Shown here: piece by piece, positions 11,749 through 21,100 of the stretch
Position numbering within the stretch: position 1 is the first letter of the stretch
How the letters are laid out: the number at the start of each line of letters is the position of its first letter
Assembly: GCA_963729605.1 (NCBI GenBank)
Contig: CAVSNY010000007.1
Coordinates: forward strand, 192,001-256,000
From: an uncultured Gammaproteobacteria bacterium
Lineage (GTDB): Bacteria; Pseudomonadota; Gammaproteobacteria; DRLM01
Reading direction: 5' to 3'
DNA length: 64,000 bases
The notes under the pieces: model-generated
What the model saw: only the letters and a program-made list of their open reading frames with translations
Databases searched by the model: none
What the model was told of the DNA's origin: nothing
Translations under genes and position numbers: made by a program

Positions 11749-12094
11749 GCGGCGCGGAATGGAAATGTAGCCTGGGTGGAGCGCCGTTCGCGAATCCCGG
11801 CTTGTCACGCAACGGCACCGGCTTCATTCATCGCGCCGTTCTTTCATCGCCGCCTTCCCGCCTACTCCATCGGATAAACCCTGCGTGCACCGATCCACGC
11901 CGCATTCGACCACTCACCGCGGATCACGGTTGAGCGGCGTTACGATGAAGAAGTGACGCGCGCCGGGGATAAGCGCGCCGACAATCATCCTGCCGTTCAT
12001 CAATCCGCCTTTCACGTTTTGTCGAGCTGGATGTCCCGGTTTCGCGAACGGCTCTCAGCCCAGGCTAGGTTTGTTTCGTCAGGGCCGATCATGG

Positions 12095-13135
12095 TCATGG
12101 CTCCGCGCCGGACCGGAGCGGATAGCCCGCTCCGCGCCACGCCTTCATGCCGCCGTCCAAGGCCACGGCGCGCTGGAATCCCAGTTCGCGCAGCGTTGCG
12201 GCGGCCAGTGTCGAAATCCGGCCGAACTCACAATACGCGAGGATGCGGCGAGTCGGGTCGGGCAAGTCATCGTTGACGCGCAGCTCGAGTTGGCCGCGTG
12301 GCAGCAGCCGCGCACCCGGGATGTGTCCCTGCTCGTAGGCGTCACGTTCGCGCACGTCCAGGACGATGAGATTTTCCTCCGCGGCATCGATGCGCGTTTT
12401 GAGGTCGGCCAGCGACATGAACGGCACCACGGCGGCGGCTTCCGCGAGCAATTGCGCGACGGTCTTCCCTCCGCTCATGTTGCTGCGCAACGCCTCGGTG
12501 ATGTGTGTCGGCATGTTCAGGCTCAGATTGCGCATCATGGCGACGAACGCGGCGCGGTCGCGCATCTGAAGGCGCGGATTCTCGGCGAGTTCACGCGCGA
12601 TCGTCGAGTAGTCCCCGCCCTGGTAGATATGCGCCGGATGCACTTTGGTCGCCGGGTCCAGCCGCAGGATGCCCTGGAATAGACTGTCGTAAAGCGCCTC
12701 GGGATCGCCGGTGGGCAGGTCGGTGCGGCCGGTGGCGCCGATGAGTAAGGTATCGCCGGTGAAGAGCCGGTCTTCCACATGCAGACACATCGAATCGCGC
12801 GTATGGCCCGGCGTGTGTATCGCCCGCAGCCGCAGGTGGCCGACGAGAAGCATGTCGCCGTCGTCCAGACGCATATCCACGAATGGCGCCGGACTTTCGC
12901 GATGCATCACGACGGGTACGCCGAGTTGCCGCGCCAGTTGCCGTGTCCCGGAAAAGTGATCGGCGTGCGTATGGGTATCAATCAGGTAACGGATGCGCAA
13001 CCCGTCGCGCGCAGCGATGCCAAGATAGCGGTCGAGCTGACTGATCTCAGGATCGATGATTACGGCCGCGTAGGTCTCGCCGCAGCCGACGAGATACGAT
13101 TGGCAACCACCGCTAGCAATCCGCTCATGGATCAT
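12095..13135 (-). CDS. MBL-fold persulfide dioxygenase-like protein fused to rhodanese
   Basis: THTHADH, HTPGHT, FTGDTL, GRTD motifs; C-terminal DVRE..GHIPGA..YCEFGRIS..LDGGMKAW. Confidence 0.9.
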   Translation of the reverse strand: MIHERIASGGCQSYLVGCGETYAAVIIDPEISQLDRYLGIAARDGLRIRYLIDTHTHADHFSGTRQLARQLGVPVVMHRESPAPFVDMRLDDGDMLLVGHLRLRAIHTPGHTRDSMCLHVEDRLFTGDTLLIGATGRTDLPTGDPEALYDSLFQGILRLDPATKVHPAHIYQGGDYSTIARELAENPRLQMRDRAAFVAMMRNLSLNMPTHITEALRSNMSGGKTVAQLLAEAAAVVPFMSLADLKTRIDAAEENLIVLDVRERDAYEQGHIPGARLLPRGQLELRVNDDLPDPTRRILAYCEFGRISTLAAATLRELGFQRAVALDGGMKAWRGAGYPLRSGAEP

Positions 13136-13268
13136 AGTGAGTCTCCTGAGGTACCCCGCGCCAAGTAGACGATATCGGGGCCTTATAACACCGCTTTTGG
13201 CGCCTAAGCAAAGTCTTTATCGGAAATGGAGTTCTCGGTCATGTGTCTTGTGACGCCCGGCGATCGGG

Positions 13269-13721
13269 TCATGCCCCGCGTTGATTCGCGACACGGCAGT
13301 AGGCCTCTTTGCCAAGCTTGGCCACACCGTAGAGACACACTGCGACGAACCCGCTAATCAGCGTGGCCGGCGCGCCGATGCTGGCCCCCATGAACGTAGC
13401 GATGACGCCGACGAGGGCGGTTGTACCTTGTCCATCGAGCGCGGCAAGTCGCTTCCACAGTTCCTGGTAGCGGTTGTCGTTCGTGCACAGGAACAGGTGC
13501 ATTTCGGTCTTAACGGCCTCCCAATAGGTTTTGTCAGGGCGACGATCCTCGCCGTGCGGGTCATGTGCTGAAGCCTGCGGCGACACCGGCCCGCCGCGGT
13601 ACATGAACGCCGCAACTTCATTTTCAGTTTCGACGATACCGAGTTTCCACGCGATGAGGGGCGGAGCCGCGGCCGTCAGTTCAAGAAGGTCGATCTCGGA
13701 CAACAGCGACTGGGTATTCAT
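13269..13721 (-). CDS. Hypothetical protein (cassette-like gene)
   Basis: RBS AGGAGA before MNTQ; begins right after attC core GCTATGC; stop overlaps GCATGAC. Confidence 0.7.
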   Translation of the reverse strand: MNTQSLLSEIDLLELTAAAPPLIAWKLGIVETENEVAAFMYRGGPVSPQASAHDPHGEDRRPDKTYWEAVKTEMHLFLCTNDNRYQELWKRLAALDGQGTTALVGVIATFMGASIGAPATLISGFVAVCLYGVAKLGKEAYCRVANQRGA

Positions 13722-13735
13722 GTTGGTCTCCTTGG

Positions 13736-13799
13736 GCATAGCCTTTAAGGTAAGAGGCGCGCCGCTGGCGGCGCGTCCCGCTTGACCGCAATGTCGGGC
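13736..13799 (-). mobile_element. Degenerate integron attC site
   Basis: Minus strand GCCCGAC-attgcg-GTCAAG-cgggacgcgccgccagcggcgcgcc-TCTTACC-ttaaag-GCTATGC: R''/L''/hairpin/L'/R' layout, 64 bp. Confidence 0.7.
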
Positions 13800-14266
13800 A
13801 TGAAAGTGGACTGTATGGCGGCAACATCTGGAATTGCCTTTGCCTGCCAGCGGACTATGCGAACGCCGGCAGAAACCAAGGCTTGGTCTTTTTTTGCGTC
13901 GGCAACCTGACGGTCTTTCCTTTGGTGCGTGGCGTCGTCAAGTTCAATGACAGCGACTATGCTCGAATCCTTGTTGCACACCACGAAATCAGCGCTCATA
14001 CGGTTGATGCGGTTAGACCAAGCCTGATAGTTGTTGCCTTTCTTGATCCCGAGCAATCTAGAAAGCTGAACTTGGGCGAGAATTATATGTTCAGGCAAGG
14101 CTTCGACAAGCCGGAAGTAGAGGACTTGCTCGGGCTGGGACAGTGGTTTCTTAGCATAGAAAGGCCAAGCTTCATCACCGGCGCCGCCCTGAGATTTGGT
14201 TTTCAGGACGTAAAAAATAGCTACTACGGCGACGGCGACAATCAACAGCAGCAGGATCGAACCCAT
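13745..14266 (-). CDS. DUF2726 family protein (cassette-like gene)
   Basis: N-terminal TM; LSQPEQVLYFRL, AQVQL, ADFVVC, VIELDDATH, DAKKD; visibly more AT-rich than flanks. Confidence 0.85.
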   Translation of the reverse strand: MGSILLLLIVAVAVVAIFYVLKTKSQGGAGDEAWPFYAKKPLSQPEQVLYFRLVEALPEHIILAQVQLSRLLGIKKGNNYQAWSNRINRMSADFVVCNKDSSIVAVIELDDATHQRKDRQVADAKKDQALVSAGVRIVRWQAKAIPDVAAIQSTFMPDIAVKRDAPPAARLLP

Positions 14267-14400
14267 TTATTGTTTCCTCTTGGTGAGCCTATGCCTGACT
14301 TGAGGCGTTATAACAATCACCTTTGGTATATTAAACCCGCTGCCGGCGCCATAACACTCTACTTTAATTTGAGGCTCGCGAGAAAAAACCGCCACCCGTC

Positions 14401-14674
14401 CTACAGCATCGAGATCACCATCATCACCGCCACAGCGCCGCGACGCTCTACCAACACGGCCGCCGCCGCGCATCTTTGACGAGCTTGATGCGAGGATGGA
14501 TTTCCGGATGCCGTGATCGGCCACGTGTTCGGCGGCGGCGTTGGTGAGTTCGGCGGCGATCACCCGCGCCAGCAATAACAGCGCCGCCCTTTCGATGGGG
14601 CCGCGCGGACCGGCTTCGCCGCGCGGCTCGGTTCAGGCGAAGCCGTGACCTGGCGCGAAGGCGCGGTTTTTCAT
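14401..14674 (-). pseudogene. dgkA: Decayed diacylglycerol/undecaprenol kinase
   Basis: Fragments across frames read MKNRAF..GFA* / AAELTNAAAEHVADH / HPEIHPRIKLVKD / AAAAVLV, matching ExxNxAxExxxD and KDxAAAAVL of DgkA; internal stop, deletion and several frameshifts. Confidence 0.75.
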
Positions 14675-14675
14675 A

Positions 14676-16679
14676 TCAGGATGGTCCGGCGCGGGACGGG
14701 GCGCGGATCAATAACAACGTGCCGTCCCAGTCGGTGTTCAATTCATCGCTGTGATGTACGGCCCGCCACGGCAGATCGCCGAGGCTGGTTTCGAGCAGGT
14801 TCAGCGGCGTGTTGAATTCATCGCCGGTGAGTGGCATGGTGAACAAGGGCAACGGGCGCGCGGCGCGCAGGGTGGTGACCGTGCCGACCCATAACGGATT
14901 GGACGGTTGTTGCAGGACGAAGTCCGATCGCCAGAGACGCAGCACTACCCATTGCCCGTCGGCGGTGCCGCGCACCAGGCGCAAGGCGTCGTGACGGCCG
15001 TCGTGTACCTGCGGCAGCAGCGGCAGTTCCGCCAGCGAGGGCGAGGGCAGCAGCCAATGCAGCAGGGCGGTGGAGGTCAAGGCCGGCGGGTCTTGCCAGC
15101 CTTGGGTTTTGAGCTGGGCGGCGAGGATGTCCAGGGGGCCGGCCCATTGCACCGACAGCGGCTGTTTGGCATGCCCTTCGACATCGATGCGGTAAGCGGG
15201 CAGTGTGCGCCAGGCGTCGCTCCACCAGTGGGCGGTGTCGAAAATTTCGATGTTATGCCGTAGCGTGTGGCGAACCAGATCCTGCTGGTAATGGCTGCTC
15301 ATATAGGCGGTAGCGGAGATCAGCAGCGCGGTGAAGGTGATGAGGATGAGATGGCGCGGCGGCACCGGCACGGGGCTGTGGCGCCGGTAAGCGGCCCCCA
15401 GCACGACGACCCATAACAAGGCCAGCAGCCAGCCCGCGACGGCATTCGAAACCCAGGTCAGGCCGAGATAGAGCTGGGCGAAGATCAGCGACACCATGAA
15501 CAGGCCGGTGACGCCATACGGCAGCCAGCGCCACGGACCGCGCATGCCGTGGGCGACCATCACCGCGAGCAAACCGTAGAGCACGCTGTTGATCACAATG
15601 CCGCCGCCGGTGCCGACCGTTACGTCGCCCGGGGGGGGCGCCATGCTCCAGCCCAGCGACAAAGTCAGGATCAAGGCGAAGGCCACGGCGCCGGCGACGT
15701 GCAGCACGGCCAGCCAGCGGTGGCGCCATGCCAGCCAGATCATCACCGCCGCGGTGACCGGCAAGGTGACCGGGCTATCACTGAGTTCGGCCAGAAAGAC
15801 CATGATCCGGTCGGCCCAGGGGACGCGCAGTCCCTGCATGAAATTGAAGACCGTGATGTCGGCGGCGATCAAATGCGTATCGAAGAGGCCGCGTCCCACG
15901 GTGATCAGCCCCACCGCCAGCGACACCAGCAGGCCGGCCAGCACCGCCAGGCCGCGCCATTCGGGTTGTTCGGGGTCGAGCACCGACGACACCAGCTTGC
16001 CCGCGTAGCGATGTTCGTCGCCCCAGGCCAGCAAGCGGTCCATGATGACGCTGGCGCGCGGCGCCAGCAGCCGGTAAATGCGGTAGACCAGCCAGACCGT
16101 GAGCCACAAACTCAATAACACCGTGAGCAACAGCATCGCCAACCGCGAGGCGACCTCCGAAGCCAGATTGAGCGACGCGCCGAACACCACGCCGGGCAGG
16201 ATATAGGCCGGTGCCCAGGCCAGCGCCGAGATGACGTTCACCAGCAGAAAGCGCGCGGGCGGCATGCCGAGCATGCCCGCCACCACCGGGATCACCGGCC
16301 GCACCGGCCCGACGAAGCGGCCGAAGATGACGCTTTTACCGCCGTGGCGCTGAAAAAAGCGCTCGCCGCGGGCTAGCAAGGCGGGATAACGGCGGAACGG
16401 CCAGCGTTCCCGCAAGGCGTCTTTGTAGTGATAACCCAGCCAGTAACTGAGACCGTCGCCGACGATGGCCCCGGCCACGGCCCAGGCCAGGGTGGCCCAC
16501 AGGTCGAGGGCGCCCGTCGCGATTAAGGCGCCGATGCCGAACATCACCGCCACGCCGGGTATGAACAGGCCGACGATCGCCAGCGATTCGCTGAGGGAGA
16601 TGACGAACACCGCCAGCCCGGCCCAGGTCGGGTTGGCGCTGATCCAGTCGATCATGGGTTTGAGTGTCGCGAGGTCCAT
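14676..16679 (-). CDS. DedA/VTT + PAP2-like + LssY C-terminal membrane protein
   Basis: ESLAIVGLFIPG, GDGLSYWLG, GRFVGPVRP (DedA); degenerate PAP2 segment (AQLYLGLTW); C-terminal PLSVQWAG..LPQVHDGR. Confidence 0.88.
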   Translation of the reverse strand: MDLATLKPMIDWISANPTWAGLAVFVISLSESLAIVGLFIPGVAVMFGIGALIATGALDLWATLAWAVAGAIVGDGLSYWLGYHYKDALRERWPFRRYPALLARGERFFQRHGGKSVIFGRFVGPVRPVIPVVAGMLGMPPARFLLVNVISALAWAPAYILPGVVFGASLNLASEVASRLAMLLLTVLLSLWLTVWLVYRIYRLLAPRASVIMDRLLAWGDEHRYAGKLVSSVLDPEQPEWRGLAVLAGLLVSLAVGLITVGRGLFDTHLIAADITVFNFMQGLRVPWADRIMVFLAELSDSPVTLPVTAAVMIWLAWRHRWLAVLHVAGAVAFALILTLSLGWSMAPPPGDVTVGTGGGIVINSVLYGLLAVMVAHGMRGPWRWLPYGVTGLFMVSLIFAQLYLGLTWVSNAVAGWLLALLWVVVLGAAYRRHSPVPVPPRHLILITFTALLISATAYMSSHYQQDLVRHTLRHNIEIFDTAHWWSDAWRTLPAYRIDVEGHAKQPLSVQWAGPLDILAAQLKTQGWQDPPALTSTALLHWLLPSPSLAELPLLPQVHDGRHDALRLVRGTADGQWVVLRLWRSDFVLQQPSNPLWVGTVTTLRAARPLPLFTMPLTGDEFNTPLNLLETSLGDLPWRAVHHSDELNTDWDGTLLLIRAPSRAGPS

Positions 16680-16715
16680 CTGCTCCCGATTATAACGGCG
16701 TTAACTTCGCGCGCC

Positions 16716-18245
16716 TCAGTCCCGCAAGCGCGCGAGGACGATGCCGTTTTTCTGATAGAGCACCTCGATGCCGGCGAGTTCTGAAAGGTAGATCGATTTG
16801 GTGAGGATCACATCGCCGGCCCGCGGCGCGCGTTTTTCCACCAGCCGTTGCGCGTAGAAATTGAAACTTGGCGTATTGAGCCGCCACATCACCACGGGGT
16901 AGTCGCGGGCCTTGGCCAGCGCCGCCGCCTCTTTGATGGGCGCCTGCTGGATGGCCGCCGCCAGCGGCATGATGAAGTATGAAAACGCGAACACCGTGAT
17001 CACGCCGCTGGCCAATAATTGGGATTGGGCACTGTGGCGGGTCTCCCACATAAAGTAAAGCGTCAGCCCGGCGGCGGCGGCGAAAAAGAGTCGGTAAGCG
17101 ACGCTGAAATAATCGGCGTGGTCTCGCAGCATCACCGCCGCGTGGGCGTCTTGGATATGCGGCAATACGGCGGCGATGACTTCCGGCAGCAACAGGAGAA
17201 ACACGAATAACAGCAGCGGCGGCAAGAACAGCCAGCCGCGCCCCGGCAGCTGGTTAATATTCATTGCCATGAGGATGTACAGGGCGGCGTAGCCGTACAC
17301 CACGTAATGCGGCAGCTTGGTGCCGGACAACGAGAACAGCACGAACACCAGCGCGAACCACAGGAGCAGGTAGCGGCTCAAGTCGTCGCGCCACAGCCGC
17401 GTGCCCTGCGCCAGGGTCTGGATGAGCACCGCGGTGTAGGGCAGCAGGCCGATCAGCACCACCGGCACGTAATAAAACAGCGAACCGCCGTGGCCCTCCA
17501 TGGCGCCTTGAAAACGCCCGACGTTGTGTTTGAAGAAAAAGCCGGCGATGAAGGCGTCGCCTTCCTTGAGGTATTGCAGCACGTACCAGGGCAGCGCCAC
17601 CGCCAGAAACAGCGCGATACCCACCGGATCGAACGCCGCCCGCAGCCAGGCCTTGAATTCGCCGCGGCTCAAATAAAACAACAGGGTCACCGCGCCGGGA
17701 ATGACCACCGCCACCGGCCCCTTGGTGAGAAACCCCAGACCCATCAGCACGAAACAGGCGTACAAATAACCGCGTTTTTGGCCGTGATGGTACAAATAGG
17801 CCGCGAGCATGGCCGAGGTGATGAACAGATTCAGGGTGGCGTCGGCGGTGGCGGCCTTGGCGATGATGGGGATTTCCAGCGAGGTGGCCATGGCGATGGC
17901 GGCGATCAGGGCGCAGCGTTCGTCGCGGACCGCGCGCACGAAGCCGTATACCACCAGCACCCATAACGTGGCCGCCAGCGCCGAGGGCAGGCGCAGGGCG
18001 AATTCGTTCCAGCCGAAGGCGAGGACGCTCGCCGCCTGCAGCCAATGGATGAAGGCGGGTTTGTCGAAGCGCGGCTCGCCGTTGAGATAGGGCGAGATGA
18101 AGTCGCCGCGCAGAAACATCTCGCGGGTCGCTTCGCTGAAGGCGCCTTCATCCAGATCGAACAAAGGCACCGCGTGGATGTTCAGAAAAAACCCCAGGCC
18201 GATGGCCAGCAGCAGGAGTCGGAGTGAGGTATGGCTTGAAATCAT
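16716..18245 (-). CDS. ArnT-like glycosyltransferase family 39/83
   Basis: DLDEGAFSEATREM, RFDKPA, ALRLPSAL, FLTKGPVA, GTKLPHY. Confidence 0.92.
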   Translation of the reverse strand: MISSHTSLRLLLLAIGLGFFLNIHAVPLFDLDEGAFSEATREMFLRGDFISPYLNGEPRFDKPAFIHWLQAASVLAFGWNEFALRLPSALAATLWVLVVYGFVRAVRDERCALIAAIAMATSLEIPIIAKAATADATLNLFITSAMLAAYLYHHGQKRGYLYACFVLMGLGFLTKGPVAVVIPGAVTLLFYLSRGEFKAWLRAAFDPVGIALFLAVALPWYVLQYLKEGDAFIAGFFFKHNVGRFQGAMEGHGGSLFYYVPVVLIGLLPYTAVLIQTLAQGTRLWRDDLSRYLLLWFALVFVLFSLSGTKLPHYVVYGYAALYILMAMNINQLPGRGWLFLPPLLLFVFLLLLPEVIAAVLPHIQDAHAAVMLRDHADYFSVAYRLFFAAAAGLTLYFMWETRHSAQSQLLASGVITVFAFSYFIMPLAAAIQQAPIKEAAALAKARDYPVVMWRLNTPSFNFYAQRLVEKRAPRAGDVILTKSIYLSELAGIEVLYQKNGIVLARLRD

Positions 18246-18505
18246 GTGTGATAACGCGCCCGCTCCCGGAGCGGCCGGGGGCGGACATTATAGAATGTAG
18301 TCGTGCCCGCACGTATAGCCCGCACCCGCGTTTTTTCGCCGCCGCTTCGCGCCTGTGTTATCCTCCGGATACCCTGGTGGGCTACAGGGAATGGGAAGAA
18401 TGGTCTCTATGTCCACCATCGATACGCAGCCCGCGCGGTCTTGCGGTGAACGTCTGGTGGAGAGTGTATTCCAAGCCTGATACGGCTATCCGCCCGGATT
18501 GAGAT

Positions 18506-19645
18506 ATGACAGCGCCGACATTGAGCAAAGATATTCACCAAGAGAACCGCCTGTTGCGGCGGCGTTTGGAGGATTATCTCGCCCAGGCCCATAAGAACGA
18601 GGCCAAGCTGCGGCGTTTCCAGTCGCACGAATTGCGCCTGATCGGCCTCAACTCCCTTTTCGAATTGATTCAAGAGATACTCTATCCCGACCCGTCGGTG
18701 TTCAACTGGGACGTGGTCACCCTGCTGCTGTTCGATCCCGAATACGAATTGCGCCGCATCCTCGAAGAGGAAGGGGTGAAGGTGCGCGACCACGCGGGCC
18801 TGATGTTCGCCGCCGACTGCGACGACCTCAATGCCTTGTTCCCGAGTTCCTTGTTTCCCACCCTCGGCGCGTACAAGCCCAAACAACACGGTCCCCTGTT
18901 CGCCGCGACCCGCCGTTCGCCCAATAGCATCGCCCTGTTGCCCCTGGTGCGGCACGGGCGGGTGATCGGCAGTCTCAACATCGGCAGTTACAACGTCGAA
19001 CGTTTCGTCAAAGGCGTGCGCACCGATTTCATGGAACACCTGGCGGCGGTGGTGGCGATTTGTATTGAAAACGCCAGCAACCTTGAACGCCTCAAGCGGC
19101 AGGGTCTGACCGATACCCTCACCGCCATCAATAACCGGCGTTTCTTCGACCAGCGGCTCAAGGAGGAATTGGAACGTTCCTCGCGCGAAGGCATGCCGCT
19201 CACCTGCCTGCTGCTCGACGTCGATCATTTCAAAAAGGTCAACGACAGTTACGGCCATCAAACCGGCGATCACGTCCTGCGTGAAGTGGCGGCGCTGATC
19301 CGCGCCCAGCTGCGCGGCAGCGATGTGTTGTCGCGTTATGGCGGCGAGGAATTCGCCGCGCTGCTGTCGCGCAGTGCCGGCAACGAGGCGGCGGAGGTGG
19401 CCGAGCGGATCCGCCAAAGCATCGCCGAACATCAATTTCTCAATACCGCCGGCGAGGCGTTTCAGGTCACGATCTCGATCGGGCTCGCCACCTATCATCC
19501 GGAAAAAACACCCGGCGCCGCCAAATTGGCGGGCGACGTGCTGGTGGGCCATGCCGATCGTGCGCTTTACGAGGCGAAATCCGGCGGGCGCAACAAAGTG
19601 GTGAGCGCCGGCGCCATCGAGTTAGGCAAGGATACGTGGTTTTAA
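18506..19645 (+). CDS. DUF484/GAF-like sensor diguanylate cyclase
   Basis: TDTLT..NNRR, DVDHFKKVND, RGSD I-site, RYGGEEF. Confidence 0.92.
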   Translation: MTAPTLSKDIHQENRLLRRRLEDYLAQAHKNEAKLRRFQSHELRLIGLNSLFELIQEILYPDPSVFNWDVVTLLLFDPEYELRRILEEEGVKVRDHAGLMFAADCDDLNALFPSSLFPTLGAYKPKQHGPLFAATRRSPNSIALLPLVRHGRVIGSLNIGSYNVERFVKGVRTDFMEHLAAVVAICIENASNLERLKRQGLTDTLTAINNRRFFDQRLKEELERSSREGMPLTCLLLDVDHFKKVNDSYGHQTGDHVLREVAALIRAQLRGSDVLSRYGGEEFAALLSRSAGNEAAEVAERIRQSIAEHQFLNTAGEAFQVTISIGLATYHPEKTPGAAKLAGDVLVGHADRALYEAKSGGRNKVVSAGAIELGKDTWF

Positions 19646-19736
19646 GCGGGATTTGACCAAAATTGCCGTTTTACGGTAGCTCGGTTGTGCGTCCCTGCGC
19701 CGTGAAGCCGAAGCGTGTTTTTGATTAACGGAATCG

Positions 19737-20105
19737 TTAACAGAATTCGTCCAGATATTTTCTCAGCGCCATGAACATCAGCACATTGTCTTCCAAGCGT
19801 TTGGGGTCGAACTCGATGCCAAGGCGGTGCGTGTCGCCGCCGGTGAGCGCGCCGTCCTGATCGCCGCTTTGGCACCAGCAGACGCGGGCGCTGAGCACGA
19901 TTTCAAAATCACGCGAGACGAACAGGATTTTTACCGGTGTGCCGCTGCTGACGGCCTCCGCGAACCAGATGCCGATGCCGGAGATCGAGGCATCGTGGAC
20001 ATTATTGATGGGGTGCCATTTATCATGGACGTGCAGGCGAAAAAACGCTTCATTATTCGGTATGCGGATAATACGCCGCTCGTGTCGGCGCCGATCTTGC
20101 GACAT
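19737..20105 (-). CDS. PilZ domain protein
   Basis: DRRRHER and DASISG motifs, RLGIEF. Confidence 0.8.
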   Translation of the reverse strand: MSQDRRRHERRIIRIPNNEAFFRLHVHDKWHPINNVHDASISGIGIWFAEAVSSGTPVKILFVSRDFEIVLSARVCWCQSGDQDGALTGGDTHRLGIEFDPKRLEDNVLMFMALRKYLDEFC

Positions 20106-20186
20106 AAGACCTCCCTCGGGGAAGTGGACCCGAGGTGGTTAACGGCCGGCCGGGGAGATTTATTACCGCGTTAAAATGCCATGATC

Positions 20187-20558
20187 TTATGTTTCGCCGA
20201 ACGGATCGATGAATTCCCGCAAGGCCAGAAACAGCATCGAGCTGTTTTTTATATCGCGGTGATTGAAGCGCACGCCCAGCCGGTATTGGCTGTCGTTGTC
20301 CTCATATTCGTCGATGAGGCTTTCGCACCACACCACCGTGCCTTGTACCCGTATCTGCCAGTCGTCCTGATCCAGGCCCAGAACTACCGGCGTGGCGGGC
20401 GGCAAGGGTAAGGGCAATACGATGCCCGCGCCGGAGACCGACACATTGTTGACCTTGTTGAAGGGATATAAAGCCTCATCCGACTCGATGAAAAATGAGG
20501 AATTACCTTCCAACTCCAATAATGTCTTACGTTCGTGTTCGCGACTTTCATGCAGCAT
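20187..20558 (-). CDS. PilZ domain protein
   Basis: ESREHER and NVSVSG motifs, VQGTVVWC, RLGVRF. Confidence 0.8.
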   Translation of the reverse strand: MLHESREHERKTLLELEGNSSFFIESDEALYPFNKVNNVSVSGAGIVLPLPLPPATPVVLGLDQDDWQIRVQGTVVWCESLIDEYEDNDSQYRLGVRFNHRDIKNSSMLFLALREFIDPFGET

Positions 20559-20700
20559 GGCGAGCTTCTCCAGCGGGCGGTACCGAATTAATTATAGCCG
20601 CTCGTTCCGCGAGGTGAAGTCGAATGCATTCCCGCGCCGGAATCGGTCCAGATGTCAGAGGCGGCGCCGGTTTAATGGCCGCGATCGCGGCGATGATTAG

Positions 20701-20849
20701 GGAAGCTCTGATTTATTCAGAGGTTCCCGCGGCACACGGATGCGCCGCCATTTTCCATGGTTAACACCATTGAAAATGAAGGGGAGCGAAAATCACATTT
20801 TCCCTCCCCGTGCCCTGAAAATTCCAGTATGGAATTATTCAAAGCTTCC
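20701..20849. mobile_element. MITE copy 1 (IS5-like ends)
   Basis: GGAAGCTCTGA...TCAAAGCTTCC flanked by TTAG on both sides; homologous to 30897, 45769, 59870. Confidence 0.85.
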
Positions 20850-21100
20850 TTAGTAAATCGTTCGCCGTTCAAGGCGCCGCAGCCGGCGGCGGTGAAACCG
20901 GTTCGATCCTCTCGAGCCGCGTTCGTAAATGTCACCGCCCGCGGCGCTCACCCACGCTCGCTCAATAGAGTGAGATGATGCACTTTGGGGCGCGCTCCCG
21001 TTCAGAAAGCCGCTGTGCGGCCGATAAATTCGGTAGTCAGAATCATATTTTCCCGGGGTATGGCGCGATCGCGCACCGGCCTGCGGGTGAGGATGCCGAA

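Noticed and set aside
15631-15638. G8 tract in the DedA/PAP2 gene as a phase-variation switch
   Set aside because: Frame is intact and the run is short for GC-rich DNA
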